A DNA stretch of 64,000 nucleotides, taken from NCBI GenBank assembly GCA_951406725.2, contig OX597817.1:81654001-81718000 (forward strand), in the 5' to 3' direction. Positions 13,465-25,450 of the stretch are shown here, one piece after another (the stretch's first letter is position 1; every line of letters begins with the position of its first letter). The notes beneath the pieces were generated by a model. The model saw only the letters and a list, made by a program, of their open reading frames with translations, did no database searches and was not told the origin of the DNA. The DNA is from Octopus vulgaris. Lineage: Eukaryota. The position numbers and the translations under genes were made by a program.

Positions 13465-13805
13465 CATGTGAGAGAAGTTTGCTTCCCAACCACATGGTTC
13501 CGGGTTCAGTCCCACTGTGTGACACCTTTGATTGAAGTCTCCAACTTTAGCCCCGGGCCAACAGAGTGGATTTGGTAGACAGAAATTGAAAGAAGCTCGT
13601 CGCATGTGTGTGTGTGTGTTTGTGTGTGCCTTTGTGACTATATCCCTACCGCTTGACAACCAGTGTTGGTTTGTTTGCATTCCCGTAACTTAGCGGATCG
13701 GCAAGAGACCGATAGAATAAGTACCAGACTTAAATATAAGTACTGTGGTCGATTTGTTCAACTAAAACCCTTCGGAGGCGGTGCCCCAGCATGGTTGCAG
13801 TCAAG
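13465..13805 (+). mobile_element. SINE family A
   Basis: Head, core and tail motifs. Confidence 0.8.
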
Positions 13806-14424
13806 AGACAGACAGATAGACAAACAGATACACGAGACAAACAATTAGATAAATGAGACAGACAGACAAAGAGTAAACAAGAGAGGAGTAAAATAACATT
13901 TTTGTGAATGAAACAAACAGGATGAAGCAATTTAATGGATGATATTAATGAAATAATTACTCTTTCGATCAACTACCTACATTCCATAAGTCTGCTCGAT
14001 AGCGGCTAACATGGCTATTACTCCACACACACTCACACACACACAACATCATCATCATCACTTTTGAATACACGAGTTTAATAACTACTCAATAATAAAT
14101 AATTACTGTTATGTCGCCTACGAATAAAATAGATTAAATATTCGTTCAGTTTAAGAGCTGCAAACCAAGCAGGAGCAGACAAAGCGACAACGAAATAAGC
14201 AAAACGTGTGCATGACGGAAGAATGTAACAATAAGTCTGACGACACCTAAAACTATTGTGAAGAAAAACCCTAACTCTCTCCTTACAGTTTTAACTGAGA
14301 AAATTGCTTTACAGCAAAATTGAATAGCTTCATAGATGCAATTAAGGATTCTGCAAGGGGTTATCAAAATTATTGACAACAACTGAAAGCTCATAAACCC
14401 AAATAGTTACGCCACACAGATAAG

Positions 14425-15110
14425 TATTTGTTTAAAATTTTTGCACAAGGGCAACAACTTGGGGTTGGAGAGGAAGACTAGTCGATTACATTGACCTCAA
14501 TGCTCAACTGGCACTAATTTTATAGGCCTAGAAAAACTGAAAAGCAAAGACGACCTCGGCTGAATTTGAACTCAGGCGTAAAAATAGACGAAATGCCGCT
14601 AAGCATTTTGCCCGGCGTGCTAACCATTCCACTAGTTCGCAGCTTTACATACAGATGAATAAATAAATAAATAAATGCGCCCTTTTAAAGCCTAGCAAGG
14701 CTCATGGGCCCGGTTTCCCGGTTTCAATGGCGTATGTGTTTCCCAGTTGGACGGGACGCCAGTCCATCGCAGCGTTACTCATTTTTGCCAGCTGAGTGGA
14801 CTGAAGCTAAGTGAAATGAGGTATTTTGCTCAAGAACACAACGCGTCGCCCGGTCCAGGAATCGAAACTACAATCTTACTATCATTGTGCTGACACCCTA
14901 ACCACTAAGCCACGCGCCTCCACATACAGATAAATATTGGTTTCAAATTTTGGCACAAGGCCAGCAAGTTTGGAGGAGGAACTAAGTCGATTACATCGAC
15001 CCCAGTGCTCAACTGGTACTTATTTTATCGACGCCGAAAGAACATAAAGATGGACGAAATACCACTATGCATTTCACCCGGCGTGCTAATGATTCTGCCA
15101 GCTCGCCACA
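14425..15110 (-). mobile_element. Cluster: SINE B (14425-14645), SINE C (14677-14923), SINE B (14935-15110)
   Basis: On the minus strand, family C reads ggaggcgcgtggcttagtggttagggtgtcag...gtttcgattcctggacc (A and B boxes). Confidence 0.8.
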
Positions 15111-15204
15111 TTCATACAGATATTAATCAACATAATTAATGATATTCACCCGTAACTTTTTGAGGGTTTCCTTTTTCTCGTAATTAGAATCATTACAAGG
15201 ATAT

Positions 15205-15562
15205 AAGCGCAGACGTGGGTGTGTGGTAAGAATTTTCCTCCTAGCCACATGATTACAGGTTCAATCCCACTGGATAGCCTCGGGCCGAACAGAGCCTTGT
15301 GGGTGAATTTGGTAGACGGAAACTGAAAGAAGCCAGTCGTATATAATGTGTGTCTTTGTGTCCCACACGACCGCATGACAACCGGTGTTGGTGTGTTTAC
15401 GTCTCTATAATCTAGCGGTTTGGCAAAATGGACCGATAGAATAAGTACTAAGGTTTTTATTTTTAAAAAAAGTATTGGGGTCGATTCGTTCGACTAAAAT
15501 TCTTCAAGGCGGTGCCCCAGCATAGCCACAGTCTAATGACTAAATCATTTAAAAGATAAAAG
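15205..15562 (+). mobile_element. SINE family A
   Basis: Head, core and tail motifs. Confidence 0.8.
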
Positions 15563-15834
15563 ATGTACACAACACGTGTTTTTAATATAAAGAATGACAT
15601 TGACGAAAACACAGCGGTTGTAATAATGGCTTCTGGTCTAGGCATAAACCGGAGGTAATTAGTCGATCCAAGTACAGGAATAACACCAGCTTTCTGGATA
15701 TTGATGGTCCTAATCCGGAACCTCTTATAATCCACACTAATTTACGAACAGAAACTTCAAAATCTCGCGGCTACCAGACTAGTTCATTGATGCACAGTAG
15801 TTTTAATGAGCTTGTATCATTTATATTTCTTTTA

Positions 15835-16022
15835 TTTATTCCAGTTGTTTGACAGCGGCCATGCTAGAGCACAGCCTTGAAGGATTTTAATCGAACAAAT
15901 CCACCCCAGGACTTTTTCCTAAGCCTAGTAATTAGTTTATCGATCATTTGCCGAACCGCTATGTTACGGGGACGTAAACTCACCAACTTCGGTTGTCAAA
16001 TGGTGGAAGGGGAACACACACA

Positions 16023-16060
<38 letters not shown>

Positions 16061-16218
16061 GCGACAGGCTTCTTTCCAGTTTCCGCCTACCAAATGAGCT
16101 AACAAGGCTTTGGTCGGCTCGTCGTTATAGTAGAAGACATTTGCTCAAGGTGCCACGCGGTAGGAACCATATCGTTGGGAAGCAAGCTTCTTACCACACA
16201 GTCACGCCTGCGCCTATA
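15835..16218 (-). mobile_element. SINE family A
   Basis: Reverse-complement core and head. Confidence 0.8.
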
Positions 16219-16384
16219 CAGCTATCTGTGCTTATGTACAGGTATCTGTATCTAATTTTAAAATTCAAATAAATTTAATATTTGGTTGTGTTGACTAAGG
16301 TGACAACACCTGGTTCGGAAAAATATCAGTAATCCGGAAAGGCCACCTTCAAACCAAAGGTTCCGGAAAATCGACGCTGTATTT

Positions 16385-16592
16385 GTACTAAACCGGTAAT
16401 TCATTTTTAAAGACTTGTGGAAAGGTAAAATTAACCTCAGCGAAAATTGATCTCAGTACGTAAAGCACTGAAACGAATACCTATTTCTTTACTACCCACA
16501 AGGGGCTAAACACAGAGAAGACAAACAAGGACAGACAAACGGATTAAGTCGATTATATCGACCCCAGTGCATAACTAGTACTTATTTAATCA
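16385..16592 (-). mobile_element. SINE family B fragment containing a tandem junction
   Basis: acgaatacctatttctttactacccacaaggggctaaacac. Confidence 0.7.
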
Positions 16593-17019
16593 ATAGTAGT
16601 GGGGGGTAGTGGTGGTGGTGAACCTCGCTGTACTCTTTCACCACAACTTTCTCTCACTCTTTCTTCCTACTTATGACACAAAGCAGAAGAATCATGGTGT
16701 AACCAACTATGGTGTGGTAAACTTTCAGACGCTAGTCTAGATTGCGAATCCTCTGCACCCCAAGATGGTTCAGCTCTCCACCCGTTAAAAGCCACCGTTT
16801 ACGGAATGAGGATAACAACGTAGCTTTCGCGCCCGTGCAACCGCCAGTCTATCGTGTGTGGTGGGTGGATCTCCAAGTTGCCACACGCATTCTTAGTAGC
16901 TTAGAGTAGGCTCGAATTAGAAATTATTCTTTGTGGCTAATGGCTTGAGTTCTGATTAGAAGAAGAAGAAGAAGAAGAAGAAAAAGAAGAAGAAGAAGAA
17001 GAAAAGAAGAAGAAGACAA

Positions 17020-17295
17020 CAGAGGTTCCAGTTGATCCGATCAACGGAACATTTTGCTAGTGAAATTAACGTGCAAGTTGCTGAGTACTGCACAGACACG
17101 TGTAATTCATCCTAATTCAGCGTGACACAGAATGTGACAAGGCCCGGCCCTTTAGAATTACAGGTACAACTAATTTTTTCCAGCTGAGTGGACTAGAATA
17201 ACGAGAAATAATGCGTCTCGCTCAAGGACACAACGCGTCGCTGGGGCTCGAACTCCTAATCATGAGCTGACTACTCCTAAGCCATGCACCTTCAC
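17020..17295 (-). mobile_element. SINE family C relative
   Basis: cagctgagtggactag...gctcaaggacacaacgcg...ctcgaactc...ctaagccatgc. Confidence 0.65.
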
Positions 17296-17705
17296 ATGAA
17301 GACCTATACAGACAAAAGAAAATAAACTACAGATGAATACGCACACACATACACACACATGCACGAACATGGATATATATAGAGGCAAACCACAACTTCC
17401 GTCGGTAGTTGGTTTCAAGACACATCTTGTAAAACGGCGTAACACGTAAAAAACATGAAAAAAAATTAGCTTATATCTATTTCAATAAATGGTTTCTATA
17501 TATTTTCACATGTATTTTATTTCATTTTCCACTTAGATATTTGTTTTTAAGTATTTAAAAGAAAATTTTTTATGTATTTAAATATGTTCGCTGAGACAGA
17601 TGTGAAGTCGAATAAGTCAATTGTAGTTGAGGTTTATTTATTTCCATTCTTTTCTAAAGAAAAGGAAAACGACGTAAAATCTCAAAAGATTTAACTCGAG
17701 ACGAG

Positions 17706-17778
<73 letters not shown>

Positions 17779-18898
17779 CATAAATCAAGTAGCAAAGCAA
17801 TCTCAGTTTCAATAAAATTACCCTATCCTGTACAACATGTATTGAGACGGCATAAACCACGTGTGTGTGTGTGTGTGTTGTGTTGTGTGTGTGTGTATAT
17901 AGTTAAAGGAAGAGAGAGAGAAATAGACAACACATAGATACACACGCACACACATGAATTAAAAATATGGTTATATATATGTGTGTACTTGTATGTACTT
18001 AAGTGTCTGTCTATCTATCTGACGGATGTAGAGACAACCTAAAGTCGCTCTTAAATCTAATAGGAAGAAGTGAGTGGGTAGGTTTGTGTAATCGGTTTGC
18101 ATACTAATTGCGAATATAAGAGGTGTAAGTTCGATTCCCATGCGTACGAACACACTCTTTCTTCTGCCAAAGACTTATAAACCACAAGATTAGACTGTAG
18201 CGTACGCTTAGTGAAATTCTCTCTCTCTCCCTGTTATATATAACAGACGTAGCAGATAACAACTAACCTTCGTCCGCTTGGACCCTGTTGTGTCTACTAC
18301 TCTGGTTGGTTGGTAGTGGCGCAATTTGTCTCTTGCTCTATTACGCGCCAATGTGTGACCCAACTAATCGCAGCCTTTCTGATAAGGTCCCGTGACACAG
18401 TTTTTCTAAAGCTCCATTTGAGCCTATAATTTGCTATAAAACACAGCGATTCATAAAACACAGTCATGACCGAAGGGGGTCTCAGCATATATATATATCC
18501 ATTTAAATTTCTAATTTTTTTCTGGAGTTATCGAAAAATAATGGGTGGATTTTCTCTGAAGAGGAAACAATTATTTCCGAAACAGGCATATCAGAAGATC
18601 CCCAGTCATAATTCTTTTTACTTAAAGAGACCGTTAGGATCTTTAGGTATTTATCTTGATTTCACAGGTAAAAAAATCCACAGAAGTAAATATTTGTATA
18701 CTATGTTTGTTTCACAATACACACACATATACGCGCGCGTGCACACGCACGCACGCGCTCACACACACACATTTACATTTCTGTATAGATCGATTTTTTT
18801 CCTTAAAAAAATTATGCACACTCTAATTGCATAAGTACAATGTTACATTATTGAAAGGAACGTAGGAATGAACATATTGAAACATCAGCTATGTTTTC

Positions 18899-19367
<469 letters not shown>

Positions 19368-20088
19368 ACATTTCCCTCCCCCCTCCGCTGCAGTTTTTTT
19401 TCCTTAACCCCCCTCTTTGTACACACACGCACACACATACACACACCCACTCACACACACACATTTGCATATATATATACATTACACTTACACACACTTC
19501 AAATTTACTTGCCATACACACAACTACGCACACTGGACACACTACCACTCTACACACACACTGGCACGTTACATACGCCCCCACCCTTTCCCTCCTTCCC
19601 TTCTTCCCTCCTTCCTCCCATTTTTTACCACTGACCACTCACTCGAGACTTGCTTTGCTATCTGTTCGCCCTGCACGCACTAACATATACATATTTTTTG
19701 CTTTTTTATCTCGCCTCACACACACATACACACACGCACACGCACACTCACACATACATACACACGCACACACACATACCTCCCTGTTTCTGACCTGCCT
19801 TTCTCACTTGCTAGGGTATCCCCACACACTCCTTTAACTCTACTACTGCCTGCTACTAGCCACTGTCCACCATACACACACATACACACACACGCACACA
19901 CACATACACACACCCTCGTTTTCTCGCACACCTTTTTTACCATTCCCTCTTTGATTCAGCTCTCCTGTTTTTAAAAAATATTTTCCTCCTTTTTTACAAC
20001 TTCCGTCTTTTCAGTATGTGACCTCGTGAAGACTACCTGCAATTTTTTTTCCTCTGTCCTCCCGTCTCGGAATCTTTCTTTCTCCTAT

Positions 20089-20123
20089 GTTTCCGACGAA
20101 GAGCTCCGCTCGAAACGTCATAC
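20089..20123 (+). ncRNA. Minimal, degenerate hammerhead motif in a pLTR-like remnant
   Basis: CCGACGA-a-gagc-tcc-gctc-GAAAC-GTC; core U4 is changed to C; stem III is the palindrome ACGT. Confidence 0.45.
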
Positions 20124-20367
20124 TCTCCTTCTTCCATTTTCCTGAGCGCCTAATAATATTAATACTGTAATTGTTTCACGTGTTGTTGTTTTTTCTGTTT
20201 TCCCGTTTGGATTAACCTATATATATATATATATATATATAATATCACAATCAAGGAACGGCCATAATAGGCCATTCACCCACTAGAAATAACAGCCAAA
20301 GCTTTAACCGCAAAATAACATTAATTCCGTAAACCAGGAGAAAATTAAAAAAACATTTACCCTTGTA

Positions 20368-20474
20368 ATTTCTTATACGATGCACCGTTTCATCTACTGT
20401 TTAATGGTAAACTAACCTGATTAAATTAAATCAAGCCAATCTTCCATAGGCCCTTAGATTCCTCAGTAAGAAAT
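20368..20474 (-). ncRNA. Type I hammerhead ribozyme, array unit 1
   Basis: atttctta-CTGAGGA-atcta...tagat-GAAAC-GGTGCATC-GTA-taagaaat: 8-bp stem I, 5-bp stem II, self-complementary stem III, intact core. Confidence 0.9.
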
Positions 20475-20859
20475 AGCCAGAACGGAACAGATATTTTCAC
20501 GAGGCATTTCCGTCCCTGCCTCGGCAATATCTGACCTAAAATTTTCAAATCATCGCACTCGCGCCAAATTTATCGGCAGCAAATAAATATAAGCCGCCGA
20601 TTCCATTACGGAATCAACCAGAAAATTCATAATTAATCAATATAGGGTGGCAAAAAAAAATTTTGTAGAATTTTTTTGCCACCAGCGGCCTAGTGGGAAA
20701 AACTTAAATAGTCATAGACCATTTCTAAGTTCAACATCACAATCAAGGAACGGCCATAATAGGCCATTCACCCACTAGAAATAACAGCCAAAGCTTTAAC
20801 CGCAAAATAACATTAATTCCGTAAACCAGGAGAAAATTAAAAAAAACATTTACCCTGTA

Positions 20860-20966
20860 ATTTCTTATACGATGCACCGTTTCATCTACTGTTTAATGGT
20901 AAACTAACCTGATTAAATTAAATCAAGCCAATCTTCCATAGGCCCTTAGATTCCTCAGTAAGAAAT
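20860..20966 (-). ncRNA. Type I hammerhead ribozyme, array unit 2
   Basis: Same motif as unit 1. Confidence 0.9.
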
Positions 20967-21351
20967 AGCCAGAACGGAACAGATATTTTCACGAGGCATT
21001 TCCGTCCCTGCCTCGGCAATATCTGACCTAAAATTTTCAAATCATCGCACTCGCGCCAAATTTATCGGCAGCAAATAAATATAAGCCGCCGATTCCATTA
21101 CGGAATCAACCAGAAAATTCATAATTAATCAATATAGGGTGGCAAAAAAAAAATTTTGTAGAATTTTTTTGCCACCAGCGGCCTAGTGGGAAAAAATTAA
21201 ATAGTCATAGACCATTTCTAAGTTCAACATCACAATCAAGGAACGGCCATAATAGGCCATTCACCCACTAGAAATAACAGCCAAAGCTTTAACCGCAAAA
21301 TAACATTAATTCCGTAAACCAGGAGAAAATTAAAAAAACATTTACCCTGTA

Positions 21352-21458
21352 ATTTCTTATACGATGCACCGTTTCATCTACTGTTTAATGGTAAACTAAC
21401 CTAATTAAATTAAATCAAGCCAATCTTCCATAGGCCCTTAGATTCCTCAGTAAGAAAT
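21352..21458 (-). ncRNA. Type I hammerhead ribozyme, array unit 3
   Basis: Same core and stems; one substitution in the loop II insert. Confidence 0.9.
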
Positions 21459-21840
21459 AGCCAGAACGGAACAGATATTTTCACGAGGCATTTCCGTCCC
21501 TGCCTCGGCAATATCTGACCTAAAATTTTCAAATCATCGCACTCGCGCCAAATTTATCGGCAGCAAATAAATATAAGCCGCCGATTCCATTACGGAATCA
21601 ACCAGAAAATTCATAATTAATCAATATAGGGTGGCAAAAAAAAATTTTGTAGAATTTTTTGCCACCAGCGACTAGTGGGAAAAAATTAAATAGTCATAGA
21701 CCATTTCTAAGTTCAACATCACAATCAAGGAACGGCCATAATAGGCCATTCACCCACTAGAAATAACAGCCAAAGCTTTAACCGCAAAATAACATTAATT
21801 CCGTAAACCAGGAGAAAATTAAAAAAACATTTACCCTGTA

Positions 21841-21947
21841 ATTTCTTATACGATGCACCGTTTCATCTACTGTTTAATGGTAAACTAACCTGATTAAATT
21901 AAATCAAGCCAATCTTCCATAGGCCCTTAGATTCCTCAGTAAGAAAT
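21841..21947 (-). ncRNA. Type I hammerhead ribozyme, array unit 4
   Basis: Same motif as unit 1. Confidence 0.9.
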
Positions 21948-22343
21948 AGCCAGAACGGAACAGATATTTTCACGAGGCATTTCCGTCCCTGCCTCGGCAA
22001 TATCTGACCTAAAACAGCTTTGGCTGTTATTTCTAGTGGGTGAATGGCCTATTATGGCCGTTCCTTGATTGTGATGTTGAACTTAGAAATGGTCTATGAC
22101 TATTTAATTTTTTCCCACTAGGCCGCTGGTGGCAAAAAAAAAAAATTCTACAAAATTTTTTTTTTTGCCACCCTATATTGATTAATTATGAATTTTCTGG
22201 TTGATTCCGTAATGGAATCGGCGGCTTATATTTATTTGCTGCCGATAAATTTGGCGCGAGTGCGATGATTTGAAAATTTTAGGTCAGATATTGCCGAGGC
22301 AGGGACGGAAATGCCTCGTGAAAATATCTGTTCCGTTCTGGCT

Positions 22344-22450
22344 ATTTCTTACTGAGGAATCTAAGGGCCTATGGAAGATTGGCTTGATTTAATTTAATCA
22401 GGTTAGTTTACCATTAAACAGTAGATGAAACGGTGCATCGTATAAGAAAT
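22344..22450 (+). ncRNA. Type I hammerhead ribozyme, inverted unit
   Basis: Readable on +: atttcttaCTGAGGAatcta...tagatGAAACggtgcatcGTAtaagaaat. Confidence 0.9.
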
Positions 22451-22672
22451 TACAGGGTAAATGTTTTTTTAATTTTCTCCTGGTTTACGGAATTAATGTT
22501 ATTTTGCGGTTAAAGCTTTGGCTGTTATTTCTAGTGGGTGAATGGCCTATTATGGCCGTTCCTTGATTGTGATGTTGAACTTAGAAATGGTCTATGACTA
22601 TTTAATTTTTTCCCACTAGGCCGCTGGTGGCAAAAAAATTCTACAAAATTTTTTTTTGCCACCCTATATTGA

Positions 22673-22717
<45 letters not shown>

Positions 22718-22762
22718 TATATATACATATATACACACATATATATATAGAGAGAGACATAT

Positions 22763-22817
<55 letters not shown>

Positions 22818-22899
22818 CACATATATATATATATATATATATACCTATACACACACACACACATATATATATACACACACTGTACATTTAAACACATAA

Positions 22900-23260
22900 G
22901 AAGTATCCTTCATAGGTTTCCTTTCATGCTAGAAGGAATAGCTAAAGTCCAAACCACTATTAGGGTTAAAAACTCGATGGGAATGAAAAATAAAAACATT
23001 TACCATCTATTTCCTGGAGCATGGTTTCTGACTTATTTTAGCAAATAAAATAATTTGCTAGGCGATGTCTTCATCAACAGGTACGCCTAGATTAAACATA
23101 TAAGTACGAGGCAAATCCAGCATGTGCCTCCTGCTTATACCTTATAAGTTTTCAAATCCACCGCGCAAGCGCATTTTCTTGTCGGCAGCAAAAAGATGCC
23201 GGCACTTCTTCGAACAATTCTCCAGAAAAAATTATCAATAATTCGTACTTGTATGTATCT
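22900..23260 (-). mobile_element. Diverged homologue of the array monomer with a degenerate hammerhead (23013-23081)
   Basis: Collinear shared motifs aaaacatttacc, cgaggca..tgcctc, ttttcaaatc, tcggcagcaaa and ccagaaaa. Minus strand reads cctg-TTGATGA-agac...gtca-GAAAC-CATG-CTC-cagg. Confidence 0.7.
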
Positions 23261-23377
23261 AATTATTACCACAATTCGCTATATGTGAGGTTAAGTCCAA
23301 ATTCATTTTCTAGTGGCCTGAATGAATTGCTGAATTACCTGTACTAGTTGCCTCTCCTTAACTATCACCTGAGATTT

Positions 23378-23783
23378 CTTACTCTTTGACAGTTCCCCCA
23401 TGCATGCTATAACGTTAAGCTGCTGAAGGACATAAGCGGCCTCGCACCACTTATAGGTACACTATAATGAGCAAATAAAAACCCACTTACAATTAGGCGG
23501 TTAATATTTAAGACCAAATCACATGTTAAATTAATTAATAAAACTCACAAGTTGCTAAAGTATACTAAATATGCTTAAAAAGCATTACATATCATTATCT
23601 AAACAGTTTAAAAGAAGATATTAGCACTTAATACCGGTTCCGCCGACAAATTAGTACTATGAGAAAGTTTCCTTCAAACAATTTAATAACAAATATCCGT
23701 GGCTACTTACTCTTTGACAGTCCTCTTATGCATGTTATAACGTTAAGCTTCTGGAGGACATAAGCGGCCCCGCACCACTTATA
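23378..23783. repeat. Pair of ~78-bp direct repeats (23378-23455 and 23706-23783)
   Basis: cttactctttgacag...ataacgttaagct...gacataagcggcc.cgcaccacttata occurs twice. Confidence 0.85.
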
Positions 23784-24325
23784 TCAGTGCATCCCCCCCA
23801 GACCCTTTATCTTTTCTTGTTTATTTTTATTGACATATCAATTGTAATGGTTTTAACTTGTGACCTCGGTTCAAATTGTATCTGACCAATTGTAGACACC
23901 GCTGGACTTAGACTTGCCCCATTGTAGACAATAGGTGGGATTCTTGGTAATATTTCTGTGAGTAAACTTTCTTAAGCACCCCACGGTAATGTTTTGGATA
24001 TATTTACTCGTGTTTACTTCGTTAACATTGGTACTGCCTTTTGATAATCATGTTTGTAAGTTTCCTTATATATATATTTTTTGATAACTTCTTTCCTTAA
24101 ATTTTAAAACATCGTGCCACCCCACTTAATTCAAAACTACTCGTAAATAAATTGTAGCACCCCCTAGACTATTACTAACTTACTATTTTACCTGCGGACC
24201 TCGTAGCCCCAAGAATGGTAGATTATATGCTTTTAATATATTGGGCTTCTAGACTTATTTTCTAGGCTATGTTTTCTTTGCTATTCCTTCTTCCCTTTGT
24301 TTATATTGGACGCTCTTATTTTTTT

Positions 24326-25116
24326 ACTCTGATGAAGCTCCGTGCCTTAATCCGAATCTCCTATGAAGATGAAGAATTTTATTTTCGCAATTATTTATGG
24401 ACAGTGCTTGGCTTCGGATGCGGAAACGGCTGTAAGATTTGTTACGTCACCTATTTGTTATGTCATGCTTTGTATATTAAAAAAAGCTATAAATGTGTTT
24501 GTTAACTGAGGTTTTCTCCATTTTCTGATTATGTCTGTCTGTCTGTATGTATGTATGTATGTATGTATGTATATATATATATATGTATATCAAACTAAAA
24601 TCATTGAACAAGCAAATACAAAGTCAACCGCATGTCATTTCATAATTCGAACATTTAATTATAGAATAAACATATAACCCGCAAGATGGAACAAAATTCA
24701 TATGTACAGCACGTAATAATAATAATATGGTATGGTGCGAGAAAAATTCTTATCATTAAAACTTAGAATTAATATTCTAGCGATTCAAAGAGAATACATT
24801 TATAAAAGGACGTAAAAAATAAAATATAATATAAGTAATATATAAAAATATATAGGTATATAAAATATATAAAACATATATAAATATATATACATATAGG
24901 AGCATATAAAAAATATAATATATATATATATATCGTGTAAATAAAGTAAAATAATGTTCATCGTTTAGAAATCTTAATCAGGTAAAATAAGCCTTATATA
25001 TAAGGAAATCATGTTTACTTATCCCTATGGCCATTTCAGGGGTGTATTATGTTTAAAGCACTAGGGTGCATTTCGATAATACCTCCTTCGTCAGGGGAAA
25101 AAAAATTATTGTATCG

Positions 25117-25189
<73 letters not shown>

Positions 25190-25450
25190 TTTGTTGCTGA
25201 AAATGAACCTGAATTAGAAAACCTTATATATGTGTACATATATATTCAGAAAATGGAGAAAACCTCAGTAACAAACACATTTATAGCTTATTTTTTAATA
25301 TACAAAGCATGACATAACAAATAGGTGACGTAACAAATCTTACGGCCGTTTCCGCATCCGTAGCCAAGCGCTGTCTATAAATAATTATGATAATAAAATT
25401 CTTCATCGTCATAGGAGATTCGGATTAAGACACGGAGCTTCATCAGATTT
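24326..25450. repeat. Inverted pair of pLTR-like repeats, each with a hammerhead (24326-24437 +; 25336-25450 -)
   Basis: CTGATGA-agctccg...cggatgcg-GAAAC-GGC(T/C)-GTA; 24328-24526 is an inverted copy of 25246-25447. Confidence 0.75.

Larger units (their letters stand above)
20243..22680 (-). mobile_element. Hammerhead-containing tandem repeat array (candidate non-LTR retrozyme): ~3.6 units of 489-493 bp plus an inverted 1.3 units
   Basis: Units start at 20245, 20737, 21230 and 21719; the last is truncated at 22014; 22016-22680 is inverted. Units are nearly identical apart from homopolymer lengths. No ORF. (TA)n on both flanks. Confidence 0.9.

Noticed and set aside
18075-18150. tRNA-like A/B boxes (gttcgattccc)
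   Set aside because: Acceptor and anticodon stems do not pair; at most a SINE relic, not a tRNA gene.
18290-18485. CCAAT/TATA-like words suggesting a promoter
   Set aside because: No downstream gene; the minus strand weakly resembles the C-terminus of an RLE-type LINE.
20243-22680. CRISPR array or simple satellite interpretation of the tandem repeat
   Set aside because: No unique spacers and a eukaryotic context; the intact ribozyme in each unit and the terminal inversion argue against a plain satellite.
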